Below are positions 59,777 through 64,000 of a stretch of 64,000 bases of DNA, piece after piece (the stretch's first letter is position 1; each line of letters opens with the position of its first letter). Position numbers and translations under genes: made by a program. The stretch covers positions 159,578 to 223,577 of the forward strand of contig CP144793.1 in the NCBI GenBank assembly GCA_036689325.1. The letters run 5' to 3'. This DNA is from Candidatus Stammera capleta. GTDB lineage: Bacteria; Pseudomonadota; Gammaproteobacteria; Enterobacterales; Enterobacteriaceae. The notes beneath the pieces were generated by a model. That model saw only the letters and a program-made list of their open reading frames with translations, was not told the DNA's origin and ran no database searches.

Positions 59777-60940
59777 TTATCTATTTTCAAGAAGAGATAA
59801 AATTGGAAAAATTTTACCTTCAATAAATTCCATAAAAGCTCCACCACCTGTAGAAATATAAGATATTTTATCAGCTATATCAAATAAATCTATAGCAGCT
59901 ACCGTATCACCTCCTCCAGCTAATGAAAAGGCACCACTTTTAATAATTGCTTTAGCAATACATTCTGTTCCCCTACGAAAATTAGGAAATTCAAAAACAC
60001 CTACAGGACCATTCCACAATATAGTTTTAGCTTTTAATAAAATATTTCTAGCTAATTCTATTGTTCTTTCACCAAAATCCATAATTTCTTCGTTATAAGC
60101 AATATTATTAATGTCTTTGTTATAAGATAAAGCATTTTTACAAAAACTTAATCCTACTTTACAATCTACTGGTATTAAAATATTTTTATATTTATTAGAT
60201 AAATATTTTGCTTGTTCTATAAAATTTGGTTCATATAAAGATTTTCCTATATTATTATTAATTGCTATAAAAGTATTAGAAATACCTCCACCTACAATAA
60301 CATTATCAGCCTTTTTAGCAAAAAATTTTAAAATATTAAACTTAGTGGAAATTTTTGCACCTCCTATAACTACAACCATAGGTTTTAAAGGTTTTTTCAT
60401 AACAGTGTACAGAGATTTTATTTCAGAATATAATAAAGGACCAATACAAGAAGTAACATAATTAGCTATTCCATAAGTAGAAGCATGTGCACGATGAGCG
60501 GTTGCAAATGCATCCATAACAAAAATATCACACATACTAGCATATGTTTTTGAAAGTTTGACACTATTATTGGTTTCACCTTTATTAAAACGCACATTTT
60601 CCAATAACACCATTTTTATAGATGTGTCACTTAAAACTGTAGCTATTTTAGAATAATCTGAAAGAAAAACAAAATATGAAGGAGAAAAATATTTTTTCAA
60701 ATAATTAAATACCGGCAACAAAGATAGTTTAGCATCATAACACCCCTCCTTAGGTCTTCCTAAATGAGAAGCTAAAATAACTTTTGCACCTGCTTTTAAT
60801 GCATATTCAATAGTAGGTAAACATGCTGTGATTCTATTACATGAAGTAATTACATTATCTTGAATGGGTACATTTAAATCTAATCTAATAAATACTCTTT
60901 TATTAAATAAATTTAAATCTTTCATTTTTAATATAGACAT
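59777..60940 (-). CDS. pgk: phosphoglycerate kinase
   Basis: 387 aa. MSILKMKDLNLFNKRVFIRLDLNVP, SHLGRP, ENVRFNKGE, MDAFATAHRAHAST and ISTGGGAFMEF. Confidence 0.97.
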   Translation of the reverse strand: MSILKMKDLNLFNKRVFIRLDLNVPIQDNVITSCNRITACLPTIEYALKAGAKVILASHLGRPKEGCYDAKLSLLPVFNYLKKYFSPSYFVFLSDYSKIATVLSDTSIKMVLLENVRFNKGETNNSVKLSKTYASMCDIFVMDAFATAHRAHASTYGIANYVTSCIGPLLYSEIKSLYTVMKKPLKPMVVVIGGAKISTKFNILKFFAKKADNVIVGGGISNTFIAINNNIGKSLYEPNFIEQAKYLSNKYKNILIPVDCKVGLSFCKNALSYNKDINNIAYNEEIMDFGERTIELARNILLKAKTILWNGPVGVFEFPNFRRGTECIAKAIIKSGAFSLAGGGDTVAAIDLFDIADKISYISTGGGAFMEFIEGKIFPILSLLENR

Positions 60941-61059
60941 ACATTTATACCTTTAATTTTCTAAAATAAAAATTTTTATCAATAATTAACCTAATAATAA
61001 CATTTTAAAATAAAAACTCAAAAATTATCTATTTAATTATTTAAAATAAAATTTTTTAT

Positions 61060-61608
61060 TTAAATACTTTTATTCCATATATTACTAAATTCTAATTTAT
61101 ATTTATTAACTATTTTAGGAGCAAAATTTAAAAATATAGCATTTTCAGCATTATATTTTTGTGCAGATAATGTATAATTATAAGAACCAGTTTCTAAAAA
61201 ATTATCATCAATGATAATAAACTTATTATGCATAATTTTATATGAAAAATTTCTTTTTAAAGACAAATATATATTATTTCTTTTACGAAAATAATTAAAA
61301 ATTTTAATAATTTTTGTATTACTATGACATTTACCATCTAGCAAAATATTAACATGTATTTGTTTTTTAACAGCTTTTAATAAAGCGTTTATTATATCAA
61401 TATCAGTTAAATTATAAGCAGCTAACAATATATTTTTCTTCGCATGAGTTATTTTATAAATTAATATATCTTTAATTTTATTATGAGGAGAAAAAACTAC
61501 TAAAATTTTTGTACTAAATTTAAAAGAATAACCGTAACTATTTGAGGTAAATACAAAAATTAATAACCATAACCATAACATCTTTAAATAATTAAATTTA
61601 CTTTGCAT
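61060..61608 (-). CDS. single-HKD phospholipase D superfamily endonuclease (Nuc-like) with an N-terminal signal peptide
   Basis: 182 aa. The hydrophobic N-terminus MLWLWLLIFVFTSNSYG is followed by FSPHN...ILLAAYNLTD..I.NALL.A....I.V.ILLD. It carries an HxKxxxxD...GSxN motif (IMHNKFIIIDDNFLETGSYNYT) and AENAIF. By recollection it is collinear with the periplasmic Nuc of IncN plasmids. Confidence 0.75.
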   Translation of the reverse strand: MQSKFNYLKMLWLWLLIFVFTSNSYGYSFKFSTKILVVFSPHNKIKDILIYKITHAKKNILLAAYNLTDIDIINALLKAVKKQIHVNILLDGKCHSNTKIIKIFNYFRKRNNIYLSLKRNFSYKIMHNKFIIIDDNFLETGSYNYTLSAQKYNAENAIFLNFAPKIVNKYKLEFSNIWNKSI

Positions 61609-61619
61609 AATAATCTTTT

Positions 61620-62141
61620 TTAAACAAATTTAATCTCTGAAAATAATTGTTTGATCCATAAATTAACCCTTTTATTAGTATATTCAGATTGATTATCTTC
61701 ATCTATTAATAATCCTACACACTTTTTACTATTTATTAAAATATTAGAAGATATAAATTTATATCCCAAATTTGCCCAATAACCTATAATTTTAACTTTT
61801 TTTTGAATCAATACATTATGAAGTATACTAATACCATTACAAAAATATTTACTATAATTTAATTGATTTCCACACCCAAATAAACTTACTACTTTATTTT
61901 GAAAACTAATGTTTTTTATTTTAGGTAAAAATTTATTCCAATGATATTGTAATTCACCTTTATACCAAGTAGATGTACCTAAAATTAAAAAATTAAATTT
62001 CAAAAAATCATTCGTTCCAGCATCTTTTATATTATATATTTTTACATAATAATTACGTTTTACAATATTTTTATGTATAATATGTGCAACTCTTTCTGTA
62101 TTTCCTGTACTACTTCCAAAAAAAATACCTATTTTAAACAT
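61620..62141 (-). CDS. fldA: flavodoxin I
   Basis: 173 aa. IGIFFGSSTGNTE, GTSTWY.GE, LFGCGNQ..Y...FC and GLLIDEDNQ are collinear with E. coli FldA. Confidence 0.93.
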   Translation of the reverse strand: MFKIGIFFGSSTGNTERVAHIIHKNIVKRNYYVKIYNIKDAGTNDFLKFNFLILGTSTWYKGELQYHWNKFLPKIKNISFQNKVVSLFGCGNQLNYSKYFCNGISILHNVLIQKKVKIIGYWANLGYKFISSNILINSKKCVGLLIDEDNQSEYTNKRVNLWIKQLFSEIKFV

Positions 62142-62333
62142 ATATTGATCCTATTATTTACCTCTATTTTAAAATCTAAAAAATATTAGACACATATATT
62201 ATGATTATATAATAAAAATATATTAAAAAGCTAAAAATACATAAATTATATTTATTTACCTTCTATGAATACTATTAAATATCATACATTATGATGTTTA
62301 AATTAATTAAAATTATTATTAACAGAAAAAATT

Positions 62334-63014
62334 ATGCAAATAAATTACCCAAAATTAATTATAAATTTAACAAAAAATTTTATATTTATTTTGTTATGCA
62401 AAATAATAGAATGTAAATATATATTACTTAACACAAAAAATTCTGCTATATGGCATATATTACATAATTTATTCATGATAAATCAATTAATAGAGTATCC
62501 TTTAATTATTATCACACATATAGTATTTATTTTATATATAATAGATAAAAAAAAAAATAAAATTAAAAATCTTTTGTTTTTGATAAGTGTTCCTTTAATA
62601 TTATTAAGTATTAAACATATAATTAAAAAAAATATCTTTATACTAAGACCATACAATTTTTTATATTCTAACCAAAAAAACATTATTTTTTTTAATACAA
62701 ACAAAACATTAACACATTATTCCTTTAATAACTTACATGTACCTATTTGGTTAAAAAAGTGTTGGAAAGAAAAAAATGATTCCTCATTCCCTTCAGGTCA
62801 TGCTATTTTAATGTTTTTTTGGTTAACAATAATAATAAAACAAAAAAACACTAACTATATATTTTATATAACTAGTATATGTTTATGTATGTTAATAATA
62901 ATTAACAGAATCATATTCTATCTACATCAAAGTAGAGATATATTAACTAGCTATTTAATAAATAAAATTATTATTTATATAATAAAAAAATATTTTAAAA
63001 TATCTAAATTTTAA
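62334..63014 (+). CDS. pgpB: PAP2-family lipid phosphatase (PgpB-like)
   Basis: 226 aa membrane protein with the three PAP2 motifs: KKNIFILRP (Kx6RP), PSGH and NRIIFYLHQSRD (Rx5Hx3D). WLKKCWKEKNDSSFPSGHAILMFFW compares with E. coli PgpB YLRSHWQKETGFAFPSGHTMFAASW. Confidence 0.7.
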   Translation: MQINYPKLIINLTKNFIFILLCKIIECKYILLNTKNSAIWHILHNLFMINQLIEYPLIIITHIVFILYIIDKKKNKIKNLLFLISVPLILLSIKHIIKKNIFILRPYNFLYSNQKNIIFFNTNKTLTHYSFNNLHVPIWLKKCWKEKNDSSFPSGHAILMFFWLTIIIKQKNTNYIFYITSICLCMLIIINRIIFYLHQSRDILTSYLINKIIIYIIKKYFKISKF

Positions 63015-63915
63015 ATTTAGAAAAATCATTTGCTATTTGAGTATTACGAAATATATTACGACATTGTTTTAAAATATCAACTAATTCTTTGTTATTATAT
63101 CTAGCACTAAAATGAGTAATAATTAATTTCTTAACATTAAATTGTTTGGCTATATTAGCAGCTTGTATATTAGTAGAATGACCTCTTTTATTTGCTTTAT
63201 CCATCATGGTTGCATCTAAAGTAGATTCATGAACTAAGACATCAATATTAAGAAAGATATTTTTTGGTACCTTAAAAGGAGCAGTATCTCCTAATATAAT
63301 AATATTTTTACCTTTAATAGGACAACCTAAATATTTATTTCCATTAATATATTTACCATTAACAAAAACTTTTTTTCCCATTTTTAATAATTTATATATC
63401 GGTCCTGGAAAAATATTATCTTTTACTAATTTTTTTACATTTAAATGACCTATTCTATCTAATATTTCAACACGAAAACCATAACATTCAATGTTATGGT
63501 TTAAAAGAAAAGATTTAACTATTATTTTATTATTATTAAAAATTTCACCTTCTTTTATTTCTATAATATTTAAAGGAAAAGAAATAAAAGAATTACTTAT
63601 TTTTAAAGAATGATAAACAAAAGATTTAATACCTTGCCCACCATAAATAGTTAAAGAATTATTAGAAGAATTCATAGATCTAGTAGTTAATAATCCTGGT
63701 AAACCAAAAATATGATCTCCATGCAAATGAGTTATAAATATTTTGCTAATTTTACTTAATTTAATAGAAGTATGTAATATTTGATTTTGAGTAGATTCGC
63801 CGCAATCAAATAACCATACATCATAATTAACTAAATTAAAAATTAAAGCTATTCCAGATACATTTCTATTTAAATTAGGTGACCCAGCACCAGTTCCTAA
63901 AAATTGAATAAACAT
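63004..63915 (-). CDS. rbn: ribonuclease BN / RNase Z (ElaC)
   Basis: 303 aa. FLGTGAGSPN..RNVS, LFDCGE.TQ, ITHLHGDHIFGLPGLL, HESTL, RGHST and ITHFSARY are collinear with E. coli RNase BN. Confidence 0.92.
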   Translation of the reverse strand: MFIQFLGTGAGSPNLNRNVSGIALIFNLVNYDVWLFDCGESTQNQILHTSIKLSKISKIFITHLHGDHIFGLPGLLTTRSMNSSNNSLTIYGGQGIKSFVYHSLKISNSFISFPLNIIEIKEGEIFNNNKIIVKSFLLNHNIECYGFRVEILDRIGHLNVKKLVKDNIFPGPIYKLLKMGKKVFVNGKYINGNKYLGCPIKGKNIIILGDTAPFKVPKNIFLNIDVLVHESTLDATMMDKANKRGHSTNIQAANIAKQFNVKKLIITHFSARYNNKELVDILKQCRNIFRNTQIANDFSKFKI

Positions 63916-64000
63916 TAACTTTGTAATTAATTTTTATAATTTTACATAATTTTATCATAATATAAATTATTTATTTACTAAACAAATAAATTTAGATAAT

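Noticed and set aside
59731-59847. A 39-codon N-terminal extension of the fbaA ORF that overlaps the 3' end of pgk by 71 nt
   Set aside because: The extension (MVELLWNLLKVKFF...) has no counterpart in class II aldolases. The internal ATG at 59730 aligns with the E. coli FbaA N-terminus. The extension is simply open reading frame upstream of the real start. The same reasoning was applied to eno (TTG at 10253), truA (TTG at 11665) and yidC (TTG at 19272).
62291-62416. A 41-codon ORF (MMFKLIKIIINRKNYANKLPKINYKF...) overlapping the pgpB start in another frame, considered as a possible frameshifted pgpB N-terminus
   Set aside because: The pgpB ORF from the ATG at 62334 already supplies a hydrophobic N-terminal segment and all three PAP2 motifs. 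The short ORF is low-complexity with no similarity signal.
1-64000. A whole-window search for CRISPR arrays, IS or transposase genes, integrases, phage genes, toxin-antitoxin pairs, restriction-modification or other defence islands, and large direct or inverted repeats
   Set aside because: I found none. Every ORF of meaningful length matches a core housekeeping family. The repeats are limited to homopolymers and simple AT-rich low-complexity sequence, with no regular repeat-spacer periodicity.

Overview
This 64-kb window comes from an extremely A+T-rich chromosome (roughly 80% A+T by eye, intergenic DNA above 90%). It looks like a strongly reduced, Enterobacterales-derived obligate endosymbiont of the Buchnera/Wigglesworthia/Blochmannia type; I cannot name the species from sequence alone. 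It holds about 55 housekeeping protein genes and 5 tRNA genes. There is no rRNA, IS element, prophage, CRISPR array or recognisable defence or toxin system. Gene order keeps fragments of E. coli-like operons with clean deletions between them: nrdAB; rpsP-[rimM lost]-trmD-rplS; gyrB-[recF lost]-dnaN-[dnaA lost] divergent from rpmH-rnpA-yidC-mnmE; pntAB; ldhA-sufBCDSE; rne divergent from rluC-rpmF-[plsX fabHDG lost]-acpP; leuS-holA; ydjM-recC-recB-recD; thrS-infC-rpmI-rplT-pheST; pgk-fbaA. The genetic code is standard (TGA is used as a stop, Trp is TGG). I did not find a convincing new multi-gene system, and I read this as a core-genome window. The observations most worth a second look are listed here. 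(1) fpr is complete but split by a 1-nt frameshift inside an A11 tract, making it a candidate for rescue by transcriptional slippage. (2) dnaA and recF are missing from their conserved locus. (3) Three proofreading aminoacyl-tRNA synthetases appear to have lost editing: ThrRS lacks its whole N-terminal TGS and editing region, and the LeuRS CP1 and PheRS-beta B3/B4 motifs are degenerate. (4) A signal-peptide-bearing single-HKD Nuc-like nuclease sits directly downstream of fldA. (5) None of the five tRNA genes encodes CCA, and RNase Z/BN is retained. (6) RNase E is cut down to its catalytic half. (7) The Ffh M domain has almost no methionine.
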